Below, piece by piece: positions 47,515 to 57,012 of a DNA stretch of 64,000 nt. The stretch's first letter is position 1; every line of letters begins with the position of its first letter. Source of the DNA: Elusimicrobiota bacterium (GTDB lineage: Bacteria; Elusimicrobiota; Elusimicrobia; FEN-1173); the NCBI GenBank assembly GCA_041917295.1, contig JAYRXX010000006.1, forward strand, positions 16,876 through 80,875. Direction: 5' to 3'. Position numbers and translations under genes: made by a program. A model generated the notes under the pieces. It was given only the letters and a program-made list of their open reading frames with translations, was not told the origin of the DNA and made no database searches.

Positions 47515-50500
47515 ATGAAGCTTTTCTTGCGGATGGTACGGCCTGGCCTTGGGGGGATGATATCGTTTTCTCTTCTGCTTACAGGCCCCCTCGCCCCCCT
47601 GGCCCAGGCCCGAACAGAAGAAAACAAAGCCAATTATTGGACAGCAAGGAAAAGCGTTGCCCGACAACGTTCTCTCCCCACCCAGCCAGTGAAGGCGCCC
47701 TTTCCAAATTCCCCGCACTTAAGAGGTTCCGAGCCGGTAAAGGAAACAAGCAAAAATTGGTTTGAAGTGGCCAGTTACACGCCCGTGTTCGGTCCAAGAT
47801 CCTGGAAGCGGGGCAACGTGCTGGTCCCGTTCGTGACGATCATCCAAGACGCCCACGATAATTACGAAGCCCAACTGGCTCTTAGCCGCACCCTGGCCGA
47901 ACTGGCCGACAAGGAAAAAGACGGCCCCCTCCTGGTGTGCGTCGAAGGCGCCTGGGGGCCCCTTTCCACCGAAATTTTCAAACCACTGGATCCAGAATTA
48001 CGCAAACAGAAAGCCGACCAATTACTTAAGCGTCACATTATCACCGGGGAAGAATTTTTATCAATAGTTCATCCAGGTTTAATTCAACTGGTGGGGGTAG
48101 ACGATCCCGATCTTCATAAAAAGAACACCGTGGCGCGGGAACTGGTGGAAACGCATCGATGGTCCACGACCGAACGAATGAAGATCCTCCAAATCAATAT
48201 GGAGCGATTAAAAAAGGCCGTTTACCCCCCCCGTATGCGATCGATTGATGAAATCAGACTGAAATACCAAACGGGGATATTGAACTCCCAAGAGTTTGCT
48301 AAAAAAATAGTCCCTTATGCCTCAAAAGAGTGGTGGCTAAAAAATTTCCCCCTTTTGTATCAACTCTCATCCCTCGACGCAGATGGTCTGGAAAAATCAC
48401 CAACCCGGGCGGAAATTGAAGAATGGGTGACAACCCTTTCAAACACCGATCTACAAAACAAGATTGATTGGTTGCTTCATCAAAAAAAAATAGACCTACC
48501 CGTCTTGGCCAATGAAATGGAAAAAGCACCGGACCAACTTTTACGGATGGACAAACGGTTTCAACTGTTGGTTGAACTTGATCAATGGATTTCCCTGGCT
48601 GACCGTCTTATTTCCCTCAAAATGACTCCGGAGGATTTGAACCAATTCGATCGGATCGAACCCAGTCAATCCATTGAAGACGTCGCAAACAAAATAAACA
48701 TTATCTCCCGAAAAAACAATGTTCGTGTTTTACCCCTCCCTCAAGCCCGTCGGCCCAATGAAGAAACGACGTGGCAAGCGGCCAAATCATTTTATCGGAT
48801 CGCCAAAAAGCGCGACAACGCCATGGCCACCAACACTCTGCGTCAAGCCAGAAAACATGACAAAAGGAAAGTCGTCCTTATTGCGGGAGGATTCCACACT
48901 CCTGGGATCTCGAGACTCTTTCGTCTCCAACAAAATTTCAACCATTCTCTGTGTCCGAAATTTTCATCGAGCGTAACAAAAGCCCCGCGGCCAACGCTCC
49001 GAAAAAAAAGTCTTTTTCAAAAGAGCATCCCTGAAAACAAACGCAAATTCCGTTTATCCCCAACCCTCACCCCGTTTTTCCGATTTATAGTCTTCATGTC
49101 GATCAGCTCCTTGGCCCTCGCGGCGGGCGGTGGGACCGGATCAGATTGGATTGAATATCTCGTTTTGGCATCCACCATCAGCGACCCCTTTTTAAGGCGT
49201 TTAATATCCCGAAAACCCATAGCCACACCTCCGGAAGAAATATTAATAAACAGTGACGCCGCTGTCGGCAAACTCAAAAATGACTTTTTGGCAATATACC
49301 GCTCTCAAAAGATCCCCGAAGCGATTAAGTTGCTGGACGAAGTTTCTTCTTACAGCGATTTAAGAGCCTATTTTTTATTATCTCTGTTAGAAAAAACTGA
49401 ACAACAAGCACTATTGGAATCAATGCCCCCAGCCTTGAAAAGAAGGGTTTTGAACGGTCTCCCGGACTACGAATATCACGCTTACATCAGAGGGATTGAA
49501 AAAACAATTCAGTGTATTTCTTCCCTTAAAGAAATGGATGATTTGTGGAAAAAGATAATCAGTGACGTGCGAGAGGGTAGTCCAAACAATAAAACTGTTT
49601 TAAGCTACTTAAATGCAATTACAGAAGCAAAAGAACGGGTGAGTATTATTCTTAACAAACTCGAATCACAAGTGGCCTCTCTTAAATCCATTGCAAGTGA
49701 CCCCGGTTCAATTCCCAAATTAATCCCTCCACAAGAAACAACCGATTTTATTTTAACCAGAGTAAATCCAGCGCTTAATACGAGAACCATTGCCCATGGG
49801 CATCTTTATTCAATCTTTTCTCATTTGGAGTACGCAGAAAAATGGTTGGGAACCAAATTGAGTCCGTTCGGAGGGATGGCCGCCTTTGGATTGGGTAGTT
49901 CGGGATATATTAACCGAACGCCACCCGCTCCAACGGCGCTGGAGTCTTCCGTTGCATCTTTACACCTTGCCAACGGAGCGAAAGAACGGTTAAGAGACGA
50001 ACTCTACTTTCTGAGGCACCCCGAAGCCACCTACCGGACTGTCCATCAAGACTGGGTGGAAACGATATCCAACGCAACCCGTCAAACAAAAATTAAGGAT
50101 TTAAAGGCACTTTCTCCCCGATCCAGAGATGATGATGAGATGGAAAGCGAGCGCTTAAAAAAAATTGAGTCCTTTTCCCACCGGATGGGAAATGGAGTCG
50201 AGGATCTTTCATTAAAGGCTCAAGCCTTTCTCGAAACGATTGAGGGGCCGCCTTGGAGTTTAACGCAATCCCATTATTTGGCTGAACTGGAGAGAGTCAG
50301 CGGCTATTTTGAGGGACCGGTTCTCGACCGACGAGCAACGGTTGTCCTTCCCAACCCATCCGACATTCAACTTTTTGCTTCGGATTTGGCGGTCCTCTAT
50401 CGTCATCAAGGCAAGGCAAAAAAACTCGTGATATTGGACATTGGTCGCATCCAAACAAGCCATCACGACCAATCCTCGATTGAAAATTTTTTGACCGCCT

Positions 50501-53500
50501 TACTGGCTGAAGCTAAGGAACGCGGGAATGTCATGATCCTTGTGGATATGGAGGGGGTCCAGGGGGAAGGGAATCGAACCTATTTGCACCTGATGGAACG
50601 ATGGAGGGTGGAAAATGATCAATCCCTGGCTCCGGACTTGATAATTTTGTCAAGCGAGCGAACATTCACATTTCACCTACAACAAGATGCACTCAAAAAG
50701 GCGGCTCCCACCTTCACCGTAACGATGAAGGATCCCGCCCGCTTAACCACGCGACGTTTGGACGCTTTTCAGGAACGGATTTCGGCTCAACTTGGGATTG
50801 TATTGGAACACCCGCTTGTTGAAGCCTGCGTCACACGATTATCAAGCTCCGACCGATTTGGAGTTGTAGACAGATCCATTAAGCTTTTAACAGACCTCGC
50901 TTTGAGGGTACAAAATGAGCGCCAGCCTGTGACCTCCCCCTCGCTCGAGGACTTATCAGGATCAGCCGACCTCTTTTCTGAGGAAACGGGTGAACTACCA
51001 CTTGAATTAAGAGCTGTCGCCAGATTGGATGTCATGCCCCCGGATTCCCAGATAACAGTGAAAAAAAAACTCGCCGAGCTCAGCAACCTACGAATAACAG
51101 ACCCAAACAGCGAACGGATAGCCGATATTGAACGTCTGATCGATACGATAATCAGTATTCCTTGGATTGAAATGGCCCCGCCCATTGTTTCCCGCGATGC
51201 CCCGAGGGAAATTCAAGACCAGCAAATAGAAGAACTTTACAACCGATTTGAAGAAAAATTGCGTCAAAGCCACACCGGTCTCGAAGAAAATGTCGTTCAG
51301 GCTCTGAAAGATTTACTTGGCTTAGTTATTCTTAGTGACATCGGCAGGGTCCCCCCCACCACCAATATTCCGACATTGGTGGGCCCTCCCGGGGTGGGCA
51401 AAACCGCGCTCATGCAACTGCTTGGGGAAGTTACAGGCCGCCCAGTGTATCGCATCTCAATGAATACGATACAAGATCCCATGAATCTTAAAGGCAGTTC
51501 TCCCACTTTTCTTCACGCGAAAGAAGGGCGCTTGGTCGCAGAGTTAATTGGGGGAGAACCACGGGTCGGGAATCCCATTTACTTCCTCGATGAGCTGGAC
51601 AAAACACCTCCAGCGGTACAAACAGTTTTTCTTGATGTCGGCCAAAGTTACTTGCGTGACAATTACGCCGGGATGGTCTTTGTTGGGAACAGTCTCTTTG
51701 TTGCCACAGCCAATCATCTCGAAAATGTAATTGCTCCGCTTAGAAACCGCATGGACATTATCCCCATGCCCGGATATACACTGAGGGGAAAAACGAACAT
51801 TGCAACTCGAAACACCCTTCCCCGGGCCTTGGCAAAAAACTTTTTAAGCGATGACCCCGGAAACGGACATCAAGAAGTCGCGTTCAATAATCGGCCGGCC
51901 GTCCTTCAATTCCTAGCTCAAGGCTACGCCCGAGAAGAAGGGATGCGACACATGATCAGACTCATCGACAATATCCTGATCGAAGCCTACGCTCTTTACA
52001 TTAAAACGGGCAGACCCACTCTCATTGATGAAAAATTCGTCCGATCTATTCTAGGGGCGCCGATCGAATTTCTGAGAATACCCAAACAAGACCCAGTCGG
52101 GAGAGCGTATTTTCCCCATCCTTCTGGGAATCTCATTGACACACACGCAATCCCAAAATCCACTATATCGCCTTTGGCGGGACGGTCGGCTTTTCTTGAA
52201 ATGACATTACCCGTTGAACTGTTGCTCAACGAACACGGCCCCGACTGGACAAAGAATATCTGTGCTCTATTTGATGGTAAGAGAGATTCAATCGCTCCGA
52301 TTTCCAATCTTCAAATTGACGTTCCGCGCGTGGTCCAGGAAGATGCGGCGGCACAACTGGCCATGGCGATCGCAACCCTTTCCAAGGCAACGGGGATTCC
52401 TGTAAAACGGGAAATGGCGTTTATCGGGGAAATGGACAACCGAGCCCGCGTTGTTGCCGCAACGAAACTTCGCCAACGAATCTTGGTTGCCTACGACGCC
52501 GGCGCACGTTGGCTGGCCATCCCTCACGGAAATAAGAACGAACTGATGACCAGCCTGTTTCCTGCGATGGAGGCCATCCGAGGTCCTATTTTGGAACCTC
52601 CCGTCAACGATGGCGAAGAATGGACAGTTTACAGGCCTCGGCAGGGGAATATCCCTTTTGTTGCCGATAAGGGGCCTCTTGAATCTGTTTTGGCGTTGGC
52701 GGAAGGAGAAATTTCAATGGCACCCTCGGAATGTATCTATGTATTAGTTCGTACCGTTGAAGACGGTTTTTCCTTGGCGTTTGCCAAACTGGGTCGGCAG
52801 TCTTTCAAGGAGAATCCCCCTTCACCAATTGACATTATCCCACCCCAGGAAAAAACAAAACCAGCGGTAAGTGAACTTACCCGTCCCTTTGAGAAATTTC
52901 CGGAGCTTCCCACCCGGGTTTTGGAGTGGAACATCAACGTTAATGGCCAGTTGGTTGACCTTCGTAATCTTTTTAGAAATGGCCTAACAGAGGAAGCTCT
53001 CTCGCTCATCCAAAATATTACTCAAACAATCGCATCAACGGGTTCACTGGATTCAATCGCACAACTTGAAGCCTGCGCGCGTTTTTCCATTGCCCAGAAC
53101 GACGGTGCCGCCTTTGTCGATTTCTTGTTAGGTCTTGACCCCACGACACGATGCCGTATCATCTCGGTTTTTTCCCCAGAAACCCTGGGGACTCTTGTCC
53201 ACCTCAAAGGGGCGTCAGGTTACCTAACAGAAACCGCGCGATGGGAAGCGAATTTAATAAAAATTCAGTCCACCCTGGCATCGATAAAAAATAATTCCGT
53301 TCAGCGGAAAGACGTTATCGAAATTCAAGATATGTTAAGCGTGCCGGGCGCTTTCCCCCCCTTGTTTAGAGAAGGCGGCAGTTATTATACGATCGTAGGC
53401 CTAAGAGCGGCGATCGATAATTATCTTTATCGGGAAGGTGGAATAGACGATATGAAGGCCCATATGGAGGAATGCTTAGAAATAGGAATTTCTTGCCTCA

Positions 53501-56500
53501 ATAAATACAGAACAGTCCTGTCATACAATGCAAACCCGACAGGCCTTCTTGCTGTAAAAAATGCCATGGACCAAGCCTTGACCGAACTAGCTGTTTTTCG
53601 ACCACTGTTTTTAAGCCCCGATGAACTTGGGGGTCAAGATCCGGAAGGAAGTTGGCAAGTATACATGGCCAACGAACACCTGCGCCAAGAAACACTGAGA
53701 GGATCTTGCCGGTTTATCCCCTTAGAAGATCTTCCAGCCAGCGCAGGAATAGATTCCCCTGAAAGCAACGTCTGGCATGCCCTTTTCGGGGTCCCATTTG
53801 AACGATTTGTTGAAGTATCAAACCGGGATAATCATAAGGTGATGGTATTGACAGGTTGCCCCCCGCTCCTTCGAAACGCTTGGGCTTCCTATTTGAATCG
53901 GAACCTTTGGAAAGTGGGATTGCCTCAGCGAATAATAAAAATTGACGTTTCAAAATTATTGGAGAGCAATTATCGATCAGGAGAATCGACCGAATCAAAG
54001 TGGCCGCGATTGAAAAAAACTCTTGAGGCCGCGCGAGATTCGGGAAATATGGTGGTATGGATCGACTTGGACTTTCTTCCTCCCTCCGCCCCGCCGTTTC
54101 TTATTTCGCGGATTATGCGGTTATTCAATCAAGGTTCTGGGCAAGCGTCTGTCATTTTTACCGGAGAAGAATTCGTGCACCAAAACCTTGTCAATTCCTC
54201 ACCCGTGTACGCCGGGGGGGTGACCCACCTATCAATCGGTGAAGAAAACCGGGAAAACCTTCTTCGATTGGAAATAATTGAGCGGGAAAAAATAACGAAA
54301 GTCCAATACCCCGCTCCCGTCGTAGAGCATCTCTGCGAAAAAGTGCGATCCGGATCCGTTAGTCTCTCTCTTGCGCGAAGAATTCTAGACCGAGCCCACT
54401 CTCCTTCGGGCGAACCCCTAACTCCGGCTCTCATTGATTCAACACAAAAGGGGATCGATCTGGAAAATGATCAAATGCTTCAGTGGGCAACTTTGTGGGA
54501 ACAGTTTGAGTTCATATCTGGAAAGATGCCTAAATCAGCTCGCAAGCGGGCAATGACCCTCTTTGGCCAATTCCGAAAAGCGTCAGGGGACGAAGCGGCG
54601 GCCCTTGAGAATCAAATTAGAATTATTATCGAATTCCCCTGGGAAAAAAGAGCTCCCTCACCTATTCCCCGCCTGCCGCCAAATCCCCAACCTGAGGATT
54701 ATAAAAATCTTGAATCGATCATTGCGGGACAGATCAACACTGTAAGAGAGGAACTTGATCGATCCCATCATGGAATGGATCGGGTTAAAGAGCTGATCAT
54801 CAATTACGTACTGAGGGATTCGCTTGCACGCGCGCACACTGGGAAAGGAGTTGGGAAACCTCTCTTGGTCGTGTCCCACCCAGGACAGGGGAAAACCACC
54901 CTTGCTGAGTCTGTTGCCCGGGCATTAGGGCGACCATTCATATTCATTCCCCTGGGTGCGGTAAAACACACCGAAGAGCTCACAGGGTTCGCTTCCCAGT
55001 ACGTCAATTCTGACGCCGGGTTGCTGATAAAAGGAATGATAAGAGCAGGCGCATTGAACCCGGTCATGCTATTAGACGAAATTGACAAAATGGGTGGGGG
55101 CGAAACGAGTCCAATAGATTCGATTCTTTCCCTCACTGATCCCGAACAAAATGAAAAATTTCGGGACGAATATCCCCAAGTCGATTTTCCAATGGACGAA
55201 CCATTGTATTTTGCAACCGCGAACGATATTGAAAAATTACCTGGACCCGTCAGAGACCGATTTGAGATTATAGTTCTTCCCCCTTACACGCAACAGGAGA
55301 AATCAGCCATCCTGGTTGATAAAGCCCTGCCTGAACTCATGGAAAAATGGGAAACCAACGATCGCGTGACAGTGACGAATGCCTTCCCCATCGCGCAAAT
55401 CATCCTATCGATCGTCCAGGAACACGGGGTGCGACTTGCCAAGGCAAAGATGTCCACGCTGATTTTGAGATCGCTCATAGAATCCCACTTAACGCGCACC
55501 CCCATCGAAATAACGGAAGCTGTCGCTCGAAGACTATTAAGGATATCGGAACCCCCACCATCCGCCGAAATCGTCTCCGCCCGTGTTGGAGAAATTAACG
55601 GCCTTGTCTACAACGAGGCCACCGGGGAGGGCGCGGTACTGGGAATTCATGCCAACTTACACAATTTGGGGGGAGACGAACCCTTCCGATACGTGGGAAT
55701 TGGACGCCTCGGCCCATCAATGAAAGCAAGCCTTGATCGCGCGGTCGCCCTTGCCCAAGTCCGTGCTCAAACGATGATCCCTTCCCTCAACCTCAATGGA
55801 AAAGTTCTGACCGTTTTGGTCACCAAACAAGACGTTCAAAAGGACGGAGACTCAGCCGGTGTGGGCTTTTATTTCGTGGCGCTCTCCGCATTGACGGGAG
55901 TTCCGGTAAGCCAAGACATTGCCCTTACGGGAGCGATCTCCCCATCGGAAGGAGCGATGCAAGTTGGCGCCATCGAGGCAAAAGTATCTGCGGCAATTAA
56001 CGCAGGAGTGAAATACATTTTCATTCCAACCGAAAACAGGGATGTGGTTGACGGAATCGTTCGCAGCAATGGGACAAACATAACGCTCGTTGAAGACCTG
56101 ACCGAAACTAGCTTCCCCTTCACCCTGCGCATTCCCAGACTGTTGTGGAGTCCAGGCCTTGAACTCCGCGCACAGGCGAATCTTGAATCTTCGGTTGAAC
56201 AGGTGGGAATGGCCAAGAATCAGATTTCGTTTGAAAAAGGAGTGGCTGTCATCCGATGTTCCGCTAGTCAATTGAAAGATTTCTCTAAATCGAACAAACA
56301 CTATTCAGAACCACCCACATTGGTCCTCTATCCTGATGCAAATTTAATCGAAGACCGCGTGCTTACCAAAAACAGTCCCAGGGGGACTGACATCAACATG
56401 CGGGATCTTCGAAATGGGTTTATCACGCCCCAGTTCTCCATCCTTCTATTCTTCTTCACTGCCCTGGCCATCGGGCTCCCGATTGGGTTCGAAATCAGCC

Positions 56501-56991
56501 ACTTTATACATTGGGCAAGCACCCACATTTGGTACGTCATCTCGGCCGTCCCTGTTCTAATATTGTCATTTTTCACCCCCATAATCATTTCGCGAATCAT
56601 TAGTCGAAGAATCCCCCCCGCTTCAGGCCCATTAATAGAGGCAAACGGAACCATCCGATTTACGGATATTACAGCGTGGGAAGTAATGGTTGATTTAAAC
56701 AGCCTGGCGAGAAAAAAAGCAGACAATGAGATCCTACGAGTTATTGAAACAGCCATCTCCCAAATTGAGGCCACTCGTTTACTCAACACAAAGGACCCGA
56801 TTTGGAATAAATTATACCCGCATTTAAAACATGGGCCTGCGTCTTATTCCAGGCGCAACCTCATCGCCCTGCTGGAGCAAGCAAACCCCGAACTTAGTCA
56901 AATCGAGATTATTCCACCAAACACAGATCACGTTCAAAGTGTGATCTCACAATTTCTTAACACACAACACGCCAGATTGATTCAAACATAA
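47515..56991 (+). CDS. Giant B: about 3158-aa membrane-anchored protein with a TIKI/TraB-like N-module and two tandem (Clp-like pseudo-AAA + Lon AAA+ + Lon protease) units
   Basis: Signal-like MKLFLRM...LAPLAQA; Walker A GPPGVGKT (51382) and SHPGQGKT (54874); Walker B FLDELDK and LLDEIDK; KDGDSAG (Ser 55852) and GAIEAK (Lys 55981); start moved from 47437 to 47515 on signal-peptide and upstream-element evidence. Confidence 0.9.
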   Translation: MKLFLRMVRPGLGGMISFSLLLTGPLAPLAQARTEENKANYWTARKSVARQRSLPTQPVKAPFPNSPHLRGSEPVKETSKNWFEVASYTPVFGPRSWKRGNVLVPFVTIIQDAHDNYEAQLALSRTLAELADKEKDGPLLVCVEGAWGPLSTEIFKPLDPELRKQKADQLLKRHIITGEEFLSIVHPGLIQLVGVDDPDLHKKNTVARELVETHRWSTTERMKILQINMERLKKAVYPPRMRSIDEIRLKYQTGILNSQEFAKKIVPYASKEWWLKNFPLLYQLSSLDADGLEKSPTRAEIEEWVTTLSNTDLQNKIDWLLHQKKIDLPVLANEMEKAPDQLLRMDKRFQLLVELDQWISLADRLISLKMTPEDLNQFDRIEPSQSIEDVANKINIISRKNNVRVLPLPQARRPNEETTWQAAKSFYRIAKKRDNAMATNTLRQARKHDKRKVVLIAGGFHTPGISRLFRLQQNFNHSLCPKFSSSVTKAPRPTLRKKSLFQKSIPENKRKFRLSPTLTPFFRFIVFMSISSLALAAGGGTGSDWIEYLVLASTISDPFLRRLISRKPIATPPEEILINSDAAVGKLKNDFLAIYRSQKIPEAIKLLDEVSSYSDLRAYFLLSLLEKTEQQALLESMPPALKRRVLNGLPDYEYHAYIRGIEKTIQCISSLKEMDDLWKKIISDVREGSPNNKTVLSYLNAITEAKERVSIILNKLESQVASLKSIASDPGSIPKLIPPQETTDFILTRVNPALNTRTIAHGHLYSIFSHLEYAEKWLGTKLSPFGGMAAFGLGSSGYINRTPPAPTALESSVASLHLANGAKERLRDELYFLRHPEATYRTVHQDWVETISNATRQTKIKDLKALSPRSRDDDEMESERLKKIESFSHRMGNGVEDLSLKAQAFLETIEGPPWSLTQSHYLAELERVSGYFEGPVLDRRATVVLPNPSDIQLFASDLAVLYRHQGKAKKLVILDIGRIQTSHHDQSSIENFLTALLAEAKERGNVMILVDMEGVQGEGNRTYLHLMERWRVENDQSLAPDLIILSSERTFTFHLQQDALKKAAPTFTVTMKDPARLTTRRLDAFQERISAQLGIVLEHPLVEACVTRLSSSDRFGVVDRSIKLLTDLALRVQNERQPVTSPSLEDLSGSADLFSEETGELPLELRAVARLDVMPPDSQITVKKKLAELSNLRITDPNSERIADIERLIDTIISIPWIEMAPPIVSRDAPREIQDQQIEELYNRFEEKLRQSHTGLEENVVQALKDLLGLVILSDIGRVPPTTNIPTLVGPPGVGKTALMQLLGEVTGRPVYRISMNTIQDPMNLKGSSPTFLHAKEGRLVAELIGGEPRVGNPIYFLDELDKTPPAVQTVFLDVGQSYLRDNYAGMVFVGNSLFVATANHLENVIAPLRNRMDIIPMPGYTLRGKTNIATRNTLPRALAKNFLSDDPGNGHQEVAFNNRPAVLQFLAQGYAREEGMRHMIRLIDNILIEAYALYIKTGRPTLIDEKFVRSILGAPIEFLRIPKQDPVGRAYFPHPSGNLIDTHAIPKSTISPLAGRSAFLEMTLPVELLLNEHGPDWTKNICALFDGKRDSIAPISNLQIDVPRVVQEDAAAQLAMAIATLSKATGIPVKREMAFIGEMDNRARVVAATKLRQRILVAYDAGARWLAIPHGNKNELMTSLFPAMEAIRGPILEPPVNDGEEWTVYRPRQGNIPFVADKGPLESVLALAEGEISMAPSECIYVLVRTVEDGFSLAFAKLGRQSFKENPPSPIDIIPPQEKTKPAVSELTRPFEKFPELPTRVLEWNINVNGQLVDLRNLFRNGLTEEALSLIQNITQTIASTGSLDSIAQLEACARFSIAQNDGAAFVDFLLGLDPTTRCRIISVFSPETLGTLVHLKGASGYLTETARWEANLIKIQSTLASIKNNSVQRKDVIEIQDMLSVPGAFPPLFREGGSYYTIVGLRAAIDNYLYREGGIDDMKAHMEECLEIGISCLNKYRTVLSYNANPTGLLAVKNAMDQALTELAVFRPLFLSPDELGGQDPEGSWQVYMANEHLRQETLRGSCRFIPLEDLPASAGIDSPESNVWHALFGVPFERFVEVSNRDNHKVMVLTGCPPLLRNAWASYLNRNLWKVGLPQRIIKIDVSKLLESNYRSGESTESKWPRLKKTLEAARDSGNMVVWIDLDFLPPSAPPFLISRIMRLFNQGSGQASVIFTGEEFVHQNLVNSSPVYAGGVTHLSIGEENRENLLRLEIIEREKITKVQYPAPVVEHLCEKVRSGSVSLSLARRILDRAHSPSGEPLTPALIDSTQKGIDLENDQMLQWATLWEQFEFISGKMPKSARKRAMTLFGQFRKASGDEAAALENQIRIIIEFPWEKRAPSPIPRLPPNPQPEDYKNLESIIAGQINTVREELDRSHHGMDRVKELIINYVLRDSLARAHTGKGVGKPLLVVSHPGQGKTTLAESVARALGRPFIFIPLGAVKHTEELTGFASQYVNSDAGLLIKGMIRAGALNPVMLLDEIDKMGGGETSPIDSILSLTDPEQNEKFRDEYPQVDFPMDEPLYFATANDIEKLPGPVRDRFEIIVLPPYTQQEKSAILVDKALPELMEKWETNDRVTVTNAFPIAQIILSIVQEHGVRLAKAKMSTLILRSLIESHLTRTPIEITEAVARRLLRISEPPPSAEIVSARVGEINGLVYNEATGEGAVLGIHANLHNLGGDEPFRYVGIGRLGPSMKASLDRAVALAQVRAQTMIPSLNLNGKVLTVLVTKQDVQKDGDSAGVGFYFVALSALTGVPVSQDIALTGAISPSEGAMQVGAIEAKVSAAINAGVKYIFIPTENRDVVDGIVRSNGTNITLVEDLTETSFPFTLRIPRLLWSPGLELRAQANLESSVEQVGMAKNQISFEKGVAVIRCSASQLKDFSKSNKHYSEPPTLVLYPDANLIEDRVLTKNSPRGTDINMRDLRNGFITPQFSILLFFFTALAIGLPIGFEISHFIHWASTHIWYVISAVPVLILSFFTPIIISRIISRRIPPASGPLIEANGTIRFTDITAWEVMVDLNSLARKKADNEILRVIETAISQIEATRLLNTKDPIWNKLYPHLKHGPASYSRRNLIALLEQANPELSQIEIIPPNTDHVQSVISQFLNTQHARLIQT

Positions 56992-57012
56992 AGATAATCT
57001 TGGGTTCTGATC

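Noticed and set aside
47515-56991. Giant B as the housekeeping lon gene or an archaeal-type LonB
   Set aside because: It lacks the LonA N-domain, has a signal peptide and a duplicated core, and its TMs lie outside the AAA domain; no gene symbol assigned.
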